A stretch of DNA of 64,000 nt from an uncultured Verrucomicrobiae bacterium (GCA_963712025.1 CAVQGJ010000010.1:262886-326885), one strand, 5' to 3'. Positions 39,451-49,471 are shown, counted from the first letter of the stretch. The notes: a model not told the origin generated them from the letters alone. A program made the numbers and translations.

Positions 39451-40811
39451 GAACCGACTTCGTTTATGGGCCGACGTTTGCCGAGATGCGTGATCCGTCA
39501 CGGATCAAGGCGGATGTGCGCAAGCAGGCGCTGGAAAAAAAGCGGAAGGACCCGCTGCATCCGGTCAATCTGTTCAACATCACCTGGAAACAGGATGACC
39601 TGGGCATCCCGCATCTGGTGTTGCCGCGCGAGTTGACCGGTGTGGACGCCAATATCGTGGTGATGGTCGCACGGCATTTCCCGACGGGCGCGCACAAGGT
39701 TGGTCCGGCGTACAGTTGCCTCATCGAAAAACAGCTCGCGGGCGAATTGCAGCCCGGACGCGACCGGCTCGTGTTCCCGTCGACGGGCAATTACGGCATC
39801 GGCGGCGCGTGGGTCGGGCCGCGGATGAACTACGAGTCGCTGGTGGTGCTTCCCGCCGAGATGAGCGCGGAGCGGTTCGAGAAGATCGAGTCGTACGGGG
39901 CGCAAGTCGTCAAGACGCCGGGCAGCGAGAGCAACGTCAAAGAAATTTACGACAAGGTCAACGAACTCCGGCGCGATGCGAAGAACAAGATCCTCAACCA
40001 GTTCGCCGAGTTCGGCAATTATCGGTTCCATTACGACGTGACCGGCCACGCGGCGCAGGAAGTGGTGAAGGGCGTCGGCAACGGCAAGGTCGCGGCGTTC
40101 GTGTCGGCGATGGGATCGGCGGGGACGATTGCCGCCGGCGATTTCCTGAAGCAACAGTTCGCCGAGTGCCGGATCGTCGGTTTGGAGCCGATCCAATGTC
40201 CGACGCTGTACAACGCAGGGTTTGGCGCGCACGCCATCGAAGGCATCGGCGATAAGCACGTCACGTGGATTCATAACGTGTTGAACATGGACTGGCTGAT
40301 TTGCATCGACGACCAGCAATGTTTGAAGGGCCTGCAACTCCTGCAGGAGGGCGCGGACACGCTCATCGGCGAAGGCGTGAAGGCTGATGTGGCGAAGGGC
40401 TTCGTGGACACGTTTGGCATCAGCTCGGTGTGCAACATCCTCGGCGCGATCAAGACCGCGAAGGTCATCCAGGCGGGCAAGGGACAGAATATCGTCACCA
40501 TTGCGACCGATGGCTTCGACCGGTATCCGTCGGTGATCCAGCGGCTCAACAAGACCGTGGGCAAGATGACGAAGGACGAAGCGAAACGGCGCGTGGACAT
40601 TTTCCGTAAAACCGATGGGAGCGATTGGGTGCAGGAAGGCACGAAGTTCCATCGGACGCGTTGGCACAACCAGAAGTACTACACGTGGGTCGAGCAGCAA
40701 GGGAAGGGGATCGATGAACTCCGCGCGCTGGCGAATCCCGATTTCTGGCTGAAGGAACAGGCCAAGACCGCGGGCATCGACAAGGAACTTGCGAGAGCGA
40801 GGGGCTTTTAG
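39441..40811 (+). CDS. PLP-dependent enzyme of the tryptophan-synthase-beta / cysteine-synthase fold, with a ~120-aa C-terminal extension
   Basis: PALP-domain pattern: putative PLP-lysine in FPTGAHKVGPAY, then STGNYGIGGAW and the Gly-rich loop GSAGTIAAG. Confidence 0.7.
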   Translation: MFMRTDFVYGPTFAEMRDPSRIKADVRKQALEKKRKDPLHPVNLFNITWKQDDLGIPHLVLPRELTGVDANIVVMVARHFPTGAHKVGPAYSCLIEKQLAGELQPGRDRLVFPSTGNYGIGGAWVGPRMNYESLVVLPAEMSAERFEKIESYGAQVVKTPGSESNVKEIYDKVNELRRDAKNKILNQFAEFGNYRFHYDVTGHAAQEVVKGVGNGKVAAFVSAMGSAGTIAAGDFLKQQFAECRIVGLEPIQCPTLYNAGFGAHAIEGIGDKHVTWIHNVLNMDWLICIDDQQCLKGLQLLQEGADTLIGEGVKADVAKGFVDTFGISSVCNILGAIKTAKVIQAGKGQNIVTIATDGFDRYPSVIQRLNKTVGKMTKDEAKRRVDIFRKTDGSDWVQEGTKFHRTRWHNQKYYTWVEQQGKGIDELRALANPDFWLKEQAKTAGIDKELARARGF

Positions 40812-40889
40812 TTTCGCCGCGAAGGAGCACGGCGAGGCGAGCGCTTGACTTGGAGGCGCGGGGGAATCAAGCTGTGGGCGAGGGTGACG

Positions 40890-41543
40890 ATGAAAACACG
40901 ATTGATCTTTTGCTTGTTTGTTGTTACGGCCCTGGTCGGGGCCGGCTGTAATCGGTCTGAAGACGTTTCGCAACCAACGCCGCCGCCGACTCAAGCGACT
41001 GCGCCGGTTTCGTCGTCGGCTCCCGCCACGCAAACGGCTGCATTGCCGCCCGGACATCCGGATATCAGCAGCATGAGCGGGCAAAGTCTGCCGCCCGGCT
41101 CGGCGTCGGATGCGCCGAACCCGCAATGGTCGGTTCCCGCGGACTGGAAGCCGGGCAATCCTTCGTCGATGCGCCGGGCAACATTTCTGGTGGCGGGCGC
41201 GGATGGACAAACTGCCGAGATCGCGGTCTCGGTGTTTCCGGGAGACGTGGGCGGGTTGATGGCGAACATCAATCGCTGGCGCGGTCAAATCGGTCTTGGG
41301 CCGGTTGCGCCCGATGAGATCGCCGGAATCACGTCGGACCTGGACGTCAACGGGACGAAGGCCACCGTCGTGGATTTCAAAGCGGACACCGCGCCCCCGG
41401 GGAAGACGCAACCGCCGCGCATGATCGTGGTCACGGTGCCGAACGCGGGCAATTCGTGGTTCTTCAAGATGACCGGTGACGCGGCTCTGGTTGGAGCCCA
41501 GAAGGATGCTTTCCTGCAATTCGTGAAGTCGGCGAAATTCTAG
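40890..41543 (+). CDS. Hypothetical lipoprotein with a Pro/Ser/Thr-rich linker
   Basis: MKTRLIFCLFVVTALVGAGC lipobox. The ORF is open from 40845. Confidence 0.5.
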   Translation: MKTRLIFCLFVVTALVGAGCNRSEDVSQPTPPPTQATAPVSSSAPATQTAALPPGHPDISSMSGQSLPPGSASDAPNPQWSVPADWKPGNPSSMRRATFLVAGADGQTAEIAVSVFPGDVGGLMANINRWRGQIGLGPVAPDEIAGITSDLDVNGTKATVVDFKADTAPPGKTQPPRMIVVTVPNAGNSWFFKMTGDAALVGAQKDAFLQFVKSAKF

Positions 41544-41559
41544 GCGGTACGCCCCGGCG

Positions 41560-42246
41560 TTACGGTGATGGACACTGCTGGCGGTCGCGGGCGACGGCGA
41601 GATGGATCGCGGACACGATGTAGATGAGGGTGCCGATGATCGACAACCCGACGAGCGTTCCGACAGGGAATACGCGGGCCAATGTTTCCACGTTGCCACT
41701 CTCTAGGATGTCGCCGTTGGTGGCGAGGTGCAGGTACTGGGAATAGGCTCGCACGAACAGGACGAGCATCGCCACCAGACACGCGGAGAACCCGCCCGCG
41801 TAGAGAAGGCCGGAGATACGTTGGCCGAGATAGAATTGGCCTGCGCCCGGCACGAACAGATTCAGGGTCATCGCAAACCGCAGTGTCCGGGGACGCGGAG
41901 TCGGTGTTGGCGGGGCAGCAGCGGCTGCAGGGACACTCACAATTACCGGGGGAACACTCGATCTTGGAGAGAGCCCCCACGCATTGCCAACTTGCTCCCG
42001 CACTGACTCGGGAGTGGATGCCAAATCGTACAACGCGGTCCGCCCGTCTTCGGTGACACAGATCTGGACGGCATCACGAGGAGCTATGGCTGGCGCTGGC
42101 GCGAGGGTGGTTGGCGGCTGAACCGAGGCCGTGGACGGCTTCGGCTTGTCCTCTGCCAGGATCGCCAGCATTTGGGCTTCAAATGCCGCTTCGCGCGTTT
42201 TCTCCTCGCGATCCGATAGTTTGGCGATGTCATTCCATTTGGGCAT
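41560..42246 (-). CDS. Hypothetical membrane protein (Pro-rich N-terminal region, two C-terminal TM helices)
   Basis: ORF only; C-terminal hydrophobic helices (LLYAGGFSACLVAMLVLFV, LVGLSIIGTLIYIVSAI). Confidence 0.45.
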   Translation of the reverse strand: MPKWNDIAKLSDREEKTREAAFEAQMLAILAEDKPKPSTASVQPPTTLAPAPAIAPRDAVQICVTEDGRTALYDLASTPESVREQVGNAWGLSPRSSVPPVIVSVPAAAAAPPTPTPRPRTLRFAMTLNLFVPGAGQFYLGQRISGLLYAGGFSACLVAMLVLFVRAYSQYLHLATNGDILESGNVETLARVFPVGTLVGLSIIGTLIYIVSAIHLAVARDRQQCPSP

Positions 42247-42362
42247 GGCTTATTCCAGCATGTCAACGAGGCAGGATTTGTGCCTGAGACAGAGTTGTCG
42301 GGACAAAAAACACGAACGTCCCACTACCTACGCACGGGAGGAATGTAACACGAGACCGACGA

Positions 42363-43181
42363 TTATTCCATGGTCTGGACGATATAACCGCCGGACTTCT
42401 TGTCAGGCTCGATTTTCAGGAGGCTGCGGTTCTGCATTTCCAGCAGCAGATCATTGAAGGAGCGGAACCCATGGGCGCGTTCATTGAATCCAGGATGGCG
42501 GCGCTTGATCGCCTGCTTGATCATGGAGCCGTAGGTCGGATCATTCGCGCCACGTTCCGAAGAAATTGCCTCCAACGTTTTCAGCACCAGATCGAACGCA
42601 TCGGTCATCGTGGGGCCCTTGCCTTTGGCCTCACCCTCGGCGCTCTTCGCCGCCGCGACCGGCGCGGGCTGGGCCGTGCCACGGTGCCGGCCCTTGGATG
42701 GCGCCGCGCGGACGAGGTCATCGTAGTAGATGAATTCATCGCAATTATTGATGAACAAATCGGCGGTCGAGTTCTTCACGCCGACGCCAATGACGGTCTT
42801 GGCGTTCTCGCGGAGCTTGCTCACCAAGGGCGAGAAATCGGAGTCGCCGCTGACAATCACAAAGGTATCGACGTGGCTCTTGGTGTAGCAGAGATCGAGG
42901 GCGTCGACGACCATGCGAATGTCGGCGGAGTTTTTCCCCGACTGGCGCACGTGCGGGATCTCGATCAATTCGAACGCCGCCTCGTGCAGGTCGCGCTTGA
43001 ACGCCTTGCCGCGGTCGAAGTCACAGTACGCCTTCTTGACCACGATGTGTCCCTTGAGCAGGAGACGTTCGAGCACTTTCTGGATATCGAACTGGGGGTA
43101 GTTGGCATCCATGGCCCCGAGCGCGATGTTCTCCAAATCGAGGAATACCGCCATGGTCGCGTTGGAATCCTGGGTGGTCAT
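42363..43181 (-). CDS. NYN-domain (LabA-like) protein with a C-terminal OST-HTH/LOTUS domain
   Basis: MAVFLDLENI...HIVVKKAYCDFD...DIRMVVDALDLCYTKSHVDTFVIVSGDSDFSPLVSKLRENAKTVIGVG is the NYN signature; the C-terminus ...FNDLLLEMQNRSLLKIE is LOTUS-like. Confidence 0.8.
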   Translation of the reverse strand: MTTQDSNATMAVFLDLENIALGAMDANYPQFDIQKVLERLLLKGHIVVKKAYCDFDRGKAFKRDLHEAAFELIEIPHVRQSGKNSADIRMVVDALDLCYTKSHVDTFVIVSGDSDFSPLVSKLRENAKTVIGVGVKNSTADLFINNCDEFIYYDDLVRAAPSKGRHRGTAQPAPVAAAKSAEGEAKGKGPTMTDAFDLVLKTLEAISSERGANDPTYGSMIKQAIKRRHPGFNERAHGFRSFNDLLLEMQNRSLLKIEPDKKSGGYIVQTME

Positions 43182-44776
43182 TGAGTGCCTCCGTGCAGCG
43201 CCTCGGCTTGTGCGTTGATCTTGGTCATGGCCTGTGTCAATTCAGTGTACACCTCGTCCTGTATATTGACGACACCATAATTGGAATTCTCGCCGTCGAA
43301 CCGGCCTTCCTTCGGTTCGTCGCAGTGCTCGAACCAATGATAGCCCACCAGGTTCGGATTCTGCAACGCCTGGGTAACGTAGTTCCGGAACGCCGCGGCG
43401 CGGTCGGCCTGTGTCTTGACTTTCGGGGCAGCCCCACGTGAGTTGGGCAGGCCACTGTCTTCGGAGCAGAACGAGAATTCACCGATGATCAGGGGTTTGC
43501 CGAACGCGGCGTAACGGTTGATCGTCTCGCGCGGGTCAGGCCGGTAACAGTTGAACGAGACAACATCCACATATTTCGCGGCGGCAGCCACGACAGGATG
43601 GGGCGGCACGTAGGCGAACCGGCAGCCGAGATTCATGTGGTTGGGATCGGCGGCCTTGATGGCCTCGCTGGTGATGCGGAAATAACGTTCCGCCAGTCGC
43701 GCGAGAAACGTCTCGCAATCGGCGGCGAACGCGGCGCGTTTCGGGTCGGATTCATTGGTCTGGCGCTCGGCTTCCTCGTTTTGCTTGTAAATCGTCTGAC
43801 GCACGACGGGCGGAGGAGTCGACGTGGCATTGGCGAGGTCATCCCACGACGCAAACTTCGTGTTCCAAGCGGTGTTGAACTTGGTCACGTCTCCATAGCG
43901 TTCCCGCATGAGATCGACGGCGGCCTTCTTGCCGGGCACGTTCTCGGGCAAGTCGAGGAACATCGTCAGCAACTTATCGAAGCTACTCACGGGCGGGGTA
44001 ATCGACGTGGCATGGGCGAGGTCATCCCACGACGCAAACTTCGTGTTCCAAACGGTGTTGAACTTGGTCACGTCTCCATAGCGTTCCCGCATGAGATCGA
44101 CGGCGGCCTTCTTGCCGGGCACGTTCGCGGGCAAATCGAGGAACATCGTGAGTAGTTCGTCTGGCCCGCGCCAATCGGGACCCCAGCGGAGTTCGTTGTC
44201 GGTGAACCATCCGAGGACCCGAACGTCGCCGGCGAGAGGAGTGCACACCTCACGGGCGCGCTGGCGGGCGGAGGTTTCGAAATCGGGATCGAAAACATCG
44301 GGGAAGATTCCGTGCAACCACGCGTCGCCCTTTTGTTTTTGACCGACGAATTGCGCCCCGAGGTCGACGATGGGGGCATAGGCCAGATGACGGTTGCCGA
44401 CGGTGATTTCGGCAACGGCGTTGTCCGACCACGCGCCGAGCGTGTTGAATCCCCAGCCGATCAATCGTTGCGCGACCGCCTTCCGCCACGCCTGGGGATT
44501 GCCGTACTTCGCTTTGTTGGTCTCGAGGTACGGGGAGACGTTGGTGCCGTAGATGGTGTCTTGGGCAAACTGCACGGTGGTCACGCCTTTGGAGATGAAA
44601 TGGTGACCGTCGGGATCGATCAGCCACCAGCGGCCGTCCACCTGTACGGCGTGAAAGAAGGGGTTCGTTTGGGCCGGCGGGGCGGCACCGGCTCGGGTTT
44701 GATTAGCGGCGAGAGTCAGCGCCGCAACGAAATACACCAGTGGGGAAATACCACGCATGATGCAGCATCGTGCCAA
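43178..44776 (-). CDS. Secreted TIM-barrel glycoside-hydrolase-like protein (family uncertain) containing a 183-bp in-frame tandem duplication
   Basis: Signal peptide; ...LIIGEFSF... resembles GH clan-A catalytic nucleophile context. Residues LLTMFLDLP(A/E)NVPGKKAAVDLMRERYGDVTKFNT(V/A)WNTKFASWDDLA(H/N)ATS occur twice back to back. Confidence 0.6.
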   Translation of the reverse strand: MARCCIMRGISPLVYFVAALTLAANQTRAGAAPPAQTNPFFHAVQVDGRWWLIDPDGHHFISKGVTTVQFAQDTIYGTNVSPYLETNKAKYGNPQAWRKAVAQRLIGWGFNTLGAWSDNAVAEITVGNRHLAYAPIVDLGAQFVGQKQKGDAWLHGIFPDVFDPDFETSARQRAREVCTPLAGDVRVLGWFTDNELRWGPDWRGPDELLTMFLDLPANVPGKKAAVDLMRERYGDVTKFNTVWNTKFASWDDLAHATSITPPVSSFDKLLTMFLDLPENVPGKKAAVDLMRERYGDVTKFNTAWNTKFASWDDLANATSTPPPVVRQTIYKQNEEAERQTNESDPKRAAFAADCETFLARLAERYFRITSEAIKAADPNHMNLGCRFAYVPPHPVVAAAAKYVDVVSFNCYRPDPRETINRYAAFGKPLIIGEFSFCSEDSGLPNSRGAAPKVKTQADRAAAFRNYVTQALQNPNLVGYHWFEHCDEPKEGRFDGENSNYGVVNIQDEVYTELTQAMTKINAQAEALHGGTQ

Positions 44777-44933
44777 TCATGCACCGCGCACACAAGGAGA
44801 ATGTCCGCCGGCCATGGGAAAGGACAGGGATACCGTGACCCCCCCGAAGTTGACGGTAATGAGCAGGGAAACGATGTGAGGCTGGCGCCTGAGAATCGCT
44901 GGCATGAAAGAGACGTTGGAGCCGGGGAAGTAA

Positions 44934-46322
44934 TCAGGTTCGGGTCGAGGTTGGCGTGGGACTGGCAGCCGCCGGTTGTCGCGACCGCGTCAGGCGCATG
45001 ACGACGAGGCCGGCGATCAGGCAAACGACCGCGCCGAGCGAGACGGCGAATGAGGCGCTGGTGATTTTGGCGATGGCGCCCGCGAGGAGGCTGCCAAAGG
45101 GGGTCAGGCCAAGGAACGCGAGGGCGTAGATTCCCATGACGCGCCCGCGGAGTTCGTCGGGCACGCGGGTCTGGACGGCGGTGTTGGCCGTGGCGAAGAA
45201 GATGATCATGAAGAAGCCCGAGCCGGCCAGGGCCATGGCGGAGAGCCAGTAGACGCGCGAGAGGGCGAATACGGCGAGCATGATGCAGAAGCCAAAGAGT
45301 CCGCCATAGAACAATTTTCGCCGGGCCACGGAGTCGCCCAGTGAGGCGAGGGTCAACGCCCCGAACAGCGCTCCCATACCGTTCGCCGCCATGAGATAAC
45401 CGTAACCGCTGACCTGGACATGCAGCACATCGCGGGCGAACACGGGCATCAGGACGCTGTACGGCCAGCCGAACAGGCTCACAATGGTGACCAGCGAAAT
45501 GACGGCGCGGATCGTTCGGTGACTGCGGACGTAGCGCAATGCCTCGACCGTTTCATGCCACACCGGTTGCCGTTCCGCGCGCGGGGCCGCGGCGGGCAGG
45601 CGCATGGCGAAGTAGGCGACCACGATGGCGAGGTAGGAAAGGCCGTTCACGAAGAAACAACCCGTCAGGCCGATGATGCCGATCAACACGCCCGCCAGCG
45701 CGGGGCCGAACACGCGGGCGCCGTTGAACAGGGATGAATTCAGCGCGATGGCGTTCATGAGATCGTCCTTGCCGACCATTTCGATAACGAAACTCTGGCG
45801 GGTGGGGATATCGAATGCGTCGGTCATTCCATCCAGAAAACCGACCAGGGCGATCTGCCAGATTTTGATCACCCCGAAGTAGACGAGGGCCGCGAGGGCG
45901 AAGGCGAGCACCATGGCGCTGCTTTCGGTCAGGATGACAATGCGGCGCTTCTCGAACCGGTCGGCCATCGCGCCGCCGACGAGGGTGAAAAGCGTGACCG
46001 GGATCGCCGACAGGAAGCGCACCGCGCCGAGCGTGAAGGCGGAGTTGCTCAGCGAGTACACAAGCCAGCCGAGGGCGACCTGTTGCATCCACGTGCCGAT
46101 GACGGAGATGAGTTGACCCGAGAAGAACAGGCGGTAGTTGCGGTGACGAAAGGCGGAAAATGTTTTTCGCCAACTGATTCGGCCAGCGATGACAGACCGC
46201 GGCTGCGGCACCGTGTCGGCCGGCACGGTAGCGATTGTCGGCTCGGTGTGTTCCGGCGCTGGAATTGGATCGTTCGCGGGCAAAGTAAGAGGGAATAAAC
46301 TGGAAACTGCGGCAGAAATCAA
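44934..46322 (-). CDS. MFS transporter
   Basis: 12 predicted TM segments; MFS-type loop motifs (GAMADRFEKRRI). Confidence 0.85.
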   Translation of the reverse strand: MISAAVSSLFPLTLPANDPIPAPEHTEPTIATVPADTVPQPRSVIAGRISWRKTFSAFRHRNYRLFFSGQLISVIGTWMQQVALGWLVYSLSNSAFTLGAVRFLSAIPVTLFTLVGGAMADRFEKRRIVILTESSAMVLAFALAALVYFGVIKIWQIALVGFLDGMTDAFDIPTRQSFVIEMVGKDDLMNAIALNSSLFNGARVFGPALAGVLIGIIGLTGCFFVNGLSYLAIVVAYFAMRLPAAAPRAERQPVWHETVEALRYVRSHRTIRAVISLVTIVSLFGWPYSVLMPVFARDVLHVQVSGYGYLMAANGMGALFGALTLASLGDSVARRKLFYGGLFGFCIMLAVFALSRVYWLSAMALAGSGFFMIIFFATANTAVQTRVPDELRGRVMGIYALAFLGLTPFGSLLAGAIAKITSASFAVSLGAVVCLIAGLVVMRLTRSRQPAAASPTPTSTRT

Positions 46323-46441
46323 CGGGAGATTCGGCCGGAGCGCCGAATGCTCCCCGTTAAAGCCACGACCCCCCGTTGAGTGGAGACGGGTCAGCCGCCA
46401 ACACCGAGCTGCGACGGCTGGTTACCGCCCTGGCTATCCGA

Positions 46442-46621
46442 TCAGGCGCCGGCTCGGGAGCGTCCCAGCAGGAAGTAGAGGATCATGCCGAGCAGCGGCA
46501 GCACCAGGATCAGCACAATCCATAGAATCTTCTTGCCGATATCACCACTGCCCTTGGCGACATCCACTATCGCGATGATGTCCAACGCCAACACGATCAA
46601 CCCAAACAGTCCATACATTGG
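46442..46621 (-). CDS. Small membrane protein, PLD-nuclease-N-terminal-domain (PLDc_N/YxlE-like) family. 59 aa; not in the supplied ORF track.
   Basis: ATG at 46621 (minus strand) is preceded by GAGGAGG. It translates to MYGLFGLIVLALDIIAIVDVAKGSGDIGKKILWIVLILVLPLLGMILYFLLGRSRAGA and ends in TGA. Confidence 0.6.
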   Translation of the reverse strand, partial: PMYGLFGLIVLALDIIAIVDVAKGSGDIGKKILWIVLILVLPLLGMILYFLLGRSRAGA

Positions 46622-46734
46622 CGACCTCCTCTATGCAGACAGAATAGCCGGAGGCTTCCGGCATGGCAAGGAGGGAAACATTCTTGTTGACAGCGCGCCG
46701 GATTCAAATATAGTCACACACAATAAAGTTAGGT

Positions 46735-48147
46735 ATGGCTAATATTCCAAAGGACACGACAACGGATCCGGGTGTGGCCCCGCGCGGGGGCCACCTGTCC
46801 CTGGAGGGCATGCACGGCACGGTGGACGTGCCGCACCATCAGGCCGGGTTCTGGCGGCAGTGGCGGGCGTTTGTCGGGCCGGCGATTCTCATCAGCGTCG
46901 GCTACATGGACCCGGGCAATTGGGGCACGGACTTGCAGGGCGGCGCGCAGTTCAAGTACGGGTTGTTGTGGGTGGTCGGCCTCGCCAGCCTGATGGCCGT
47001 CTTTCTGCAGGTCATTGCCGCCCGCCTCGGCGTGGCTACCGGCAAGGACCTGGCCCAGGCCTGCCGCGACTGGTACCCCGCGTGGACGCGATGGCCCAAT
47101 TGGCTGACGATGGAAATTGCCATCGGCATGACCGACCTGGCCGAAGCGCTGGGCAGCGCGGTCGCGTTGAACCTCTTGTTTCACATCCCGATTCAGTGGG
47201 CGATCGTCATCACGGCGTTCGACGTGCTGCTGCTGCTGGCGTTGCAGGGGTTTGGCATGAGACTGATCGAGGCGGTGGTTGCGGTGTTCGTGCTGACCAT
47301 TGGTGTCTGCTACGGGATCGAGATCTTCGGATTCGCGCCGACCCGGCCTGATTTCCTGGAAATGGGGCAGGCGATGGTGCGGCCCGACTTCGCGCAGGCC
47401 GGTATGCTCGTGGTGGCGATTGGCATTATCGGGGCGACCGTTATGCCCCACAACCTGTACCTCCACACGGCGTTGGTACAAACCCGCAAGTTGCAGCAGG
47501 ATGAACCGTCCATTCGCCGCGCCATCCGATTTAACACGATCGACACGACCGTGGCGTTGACGATCGCCTTCTTCGTCAACGCGGCCATCCTGGTGCTGGC
47601 GGCGATCGTGTTCTACGGGAAGACCAGCGTGACCGTGGCGGGCGGCCAGACGGTCGCGTTCAGTCCGGACAGCGATTGGATCCGCGTCGCCTATCTGACG
47701 CTGGCGCCGCTGCTGGGGAAGACGCTGGCCAGCACGCTGTTCGCCGTGGCGCTGCTGGCGAGCGGCCAAAGCAGCACGATCACCGGCACGATTGCCGGGC
47801 AGGTGGTGATGGAAGGGTTCATGCACTGGCGCATCCGCCCGTGGTTGCGGCGGCTGATCACCCGGACGCTCGCGGTATTGCCGGCGATCCTGATCATCAG
47901 CGTTCGCGGCAACGGCAGCGTGACCGACCTGGTCAACCTCAGCCAGGTCGTCCTTTGTTTGGAGTTGCCGCTGGCCATGTTCCCGCTGTTGCATTTTACC
48001 AGCTCGAAGAAACGCATGGGTAAGTGGCGCAATGGCTGGTTCTTGTTGATCACCGGCTGGGGAACTGCCATTCTGATCACGGCCATGGACATCTACAGCC
48101 TGCCCGACGCGTTGAAGGACGCGTGGGCTGTTATCGTCGGCCATTGA
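46735..48147 (+). CDS. mntH: Nramp-family divalent metal (Mn2+/Fe2+) transporter
   Basis: GPAILISVGYMDPGNWGTDLQGGAQF, plus MPHNLYLHTAL motifs. Confidence 0.9.
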   Translation: MANIPKDTTTDPGVAPRGGHLSLEGMHGTVDVPHHQAGFWRQWRAFVGPAILISVGYMDPGNWGTDLQGGAQFKYGLLWVVGLASLMAVFLQVIAARLGVATGKDLAQACRDWYPAWTRWPNWLTMEIAIGMTDLAEALGSAVALNLLFHIPIQWAIVITAFDVLLLLALQGFGMRLIEAVVAVFVLTIGVCYGIEIFGFAPTRPDFLEMGQAMVRPDFAQAGMLVVAIGIIGATVMPHNLYLHTALVQTRKLQQDEPSIRRAIRFNTIDTTVALTIAFFVNAAILVLAAIVFYGKTSVTVAGGQTVAFSPDSDWIRVAYLTLAPLLGKTLASTLFAVALLASGQSSTITGTIAGQVVMEGFMHWRIRPWLRRLITRTLAVLPAILIISVRGNGSVTDLVNLSQVVLCLELPLAMFPLLHFTSSKKRMGKWRNGWFLLITGWGTAILITAMDIYSLPDALKDAWAVIVGH

Positions 48148-48166
48148 AGAGAGGGAAGCGATTGCC

Positions 48167-48583
48167 ATGTACAACAAGATCCTGGTGACGCTGGACGCCA
48201 CGCCGACAGATCGGGCCATCATTGAGCACGTGAAGGCTTTGGCGAAAGTGATGCATAGCCGCGTCGCGCTCCTGCACGTGGCCGATGGTTGGGCCGCCAG
48301 AACCTACGGCGCCGACGCCGTAAGCCCCGAAGTCGCGGAAGATAAGGCGTACCTGGCGGAGGTCCAGTCGGAATTCCAGGCAGCGGGCATCCACGCCGAC
48401 GCCGAGTTGGCGTTTGGCGAGCCCGCCGACGAAATCATCAAGTGGGTGGAAGAAAAGGGTTGCGATCTGGTGGCGATGAGCACGCACGGACACCGATTCA
48501 TCGCCGACCTGTTTTTGGGATCCACGTCCCGTCGCGTGCGCCATAGCATCAGCGTGCCGGTCCTGCTCCTTCGGGCCAAATGA
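48167..48583 (+). CDS. Universal stress protein (UspA family)
   Basis: MYNKILVTLDAT...LLHV...GCDLVAMSTHGHRFIADLFLGSTSRRVRHSISVPVLLL. Confidence 0.85.
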   Translation: MYNKILVTLDATPTDRAIIEHVKALAKVMHSRVALLHVADGWAARTYGADAVSPEVAEDKAYLAEVQSEFQAAGIHADAELAFGEPADEIIKWVEEKGCDLVAMSTHGHRFIADLFLGSTSRRVRHSISVPVLLLRAK

Positions 48584-49452
48584 GACACGCCCGAATGCGT
48601 TTCGCTGCCTTGGTACTCGCCTCGTGCTGGCTGGCGGGAGCGACACGAGCCTCGGACGATGCTTCAGACAAAACACTGCCGGATAAGAGCGGTTACAATC
48701 TTCTGAATCCGACACCGGACGAAGCGATGCGCGAGCTGTCGCCAGACCGACCGGACAAGACGGAGAGTCCGTACACGCTGGATGCCGGGCATTTCATGGT
48801 GGAAATGGATTTCGCGACTTTCACGCACGACGATACGGCCGGGGTGCGGACCGAGACTTGGAACGTCGCACCCGTGAATCTGAAAGTCGGGTTGCTCAAC
48901 AACGTCGATTTGCAGTTCATTTACGACAACTACGTCCACGTGCGCACGGAAGACAGGCTCGGGACCATGACGCAGTCGGGGTTTGGCGATCTGACACCGA
49001 GGCTGAAGATCAATCTGTGGGGAAACGACGGGGGTAACACCGCGTTCGCGTTACTGCCGTTCGTCAAGGTTCCCGTGAATACGGATCGACTCGGCAATGA
49101 TGCCGTCGAGGGCGGAATGATTCTCCCGTTATCCGTGAAACTGCCGGCGGAGTGGGCGATGGGGTTGGAGGCAGCAACGAGTTGCTCTCGAAACAGGACC
49201 GGCTCGGGCTACCACGCGGAATTCATCCACACGGTCACGTTTGACCACGCCATCGTCGGCAAGTTGAGCGGCTATGGCGAGTTCTTCAGCGATCTCAGCA
49301 CGGAGGGCGGACCGGGTTGGGTTGGCACGGTGGACGTCGGACTCGAATATCTGGTGACGGAAAACGTGCAACTCGATTGCGGCTGCAACGTCGGTGTCAC
49401 GCCTGCCGCCGATGATGTGAATGCCTTTACGGGCATCACGGCGAGGTTCTAG
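48580..49452 (+). CDS. Outer-membrane beta-barrel channel of the MetA-pathway-of-phenol-degradation / 'transporter' family
   Basis: Signal peptide, alternating beta-strand pattern, a C-terminal aromatic residue (ITARF), and conserved D/N-rich loops. Confidence 0.65.
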   Translation: MRHARMRFAALVLASCWLAGATRASDDASDKTLPDKSGYNLLNPTPDEAMRELSPDRPDKTESPYTLDAGHFMVEMDFATFTHDDTAGVRTETWNVAPVNLKVGLLNNVDLQFIYDNYVHVRTEDRLGTMTQSGFGDLTPRLKINLWGNDGGNTAFALLPFVKVPVNTDRLGNDAVEGGMILPLSVKLPAEWAMGLEAATSCSRNRTGSGYHAEFIHTVTFDHAIVGKLSGYGEFFSDLSTEGGPGWVGTVDVGLEYLVTENVQLDCGCNVGVTPAADDVNAFTGITARF

Positions 49453-49471
49453 TCCTGTCAGTGAAACCGTC

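Noticed and set aside
39498-41699. 733-aa minus-strand ORF
   Set aside because: It is antisense to the PLP-enzyme and lipoprotein genes and is extremely Arg/Pro-rich.
46729-48222. 497-aa minus-strand ORF
   Set aside because: It is antisense to the Nramp mntH gene, which has unmistakable motifs; this is a shadow ORF.
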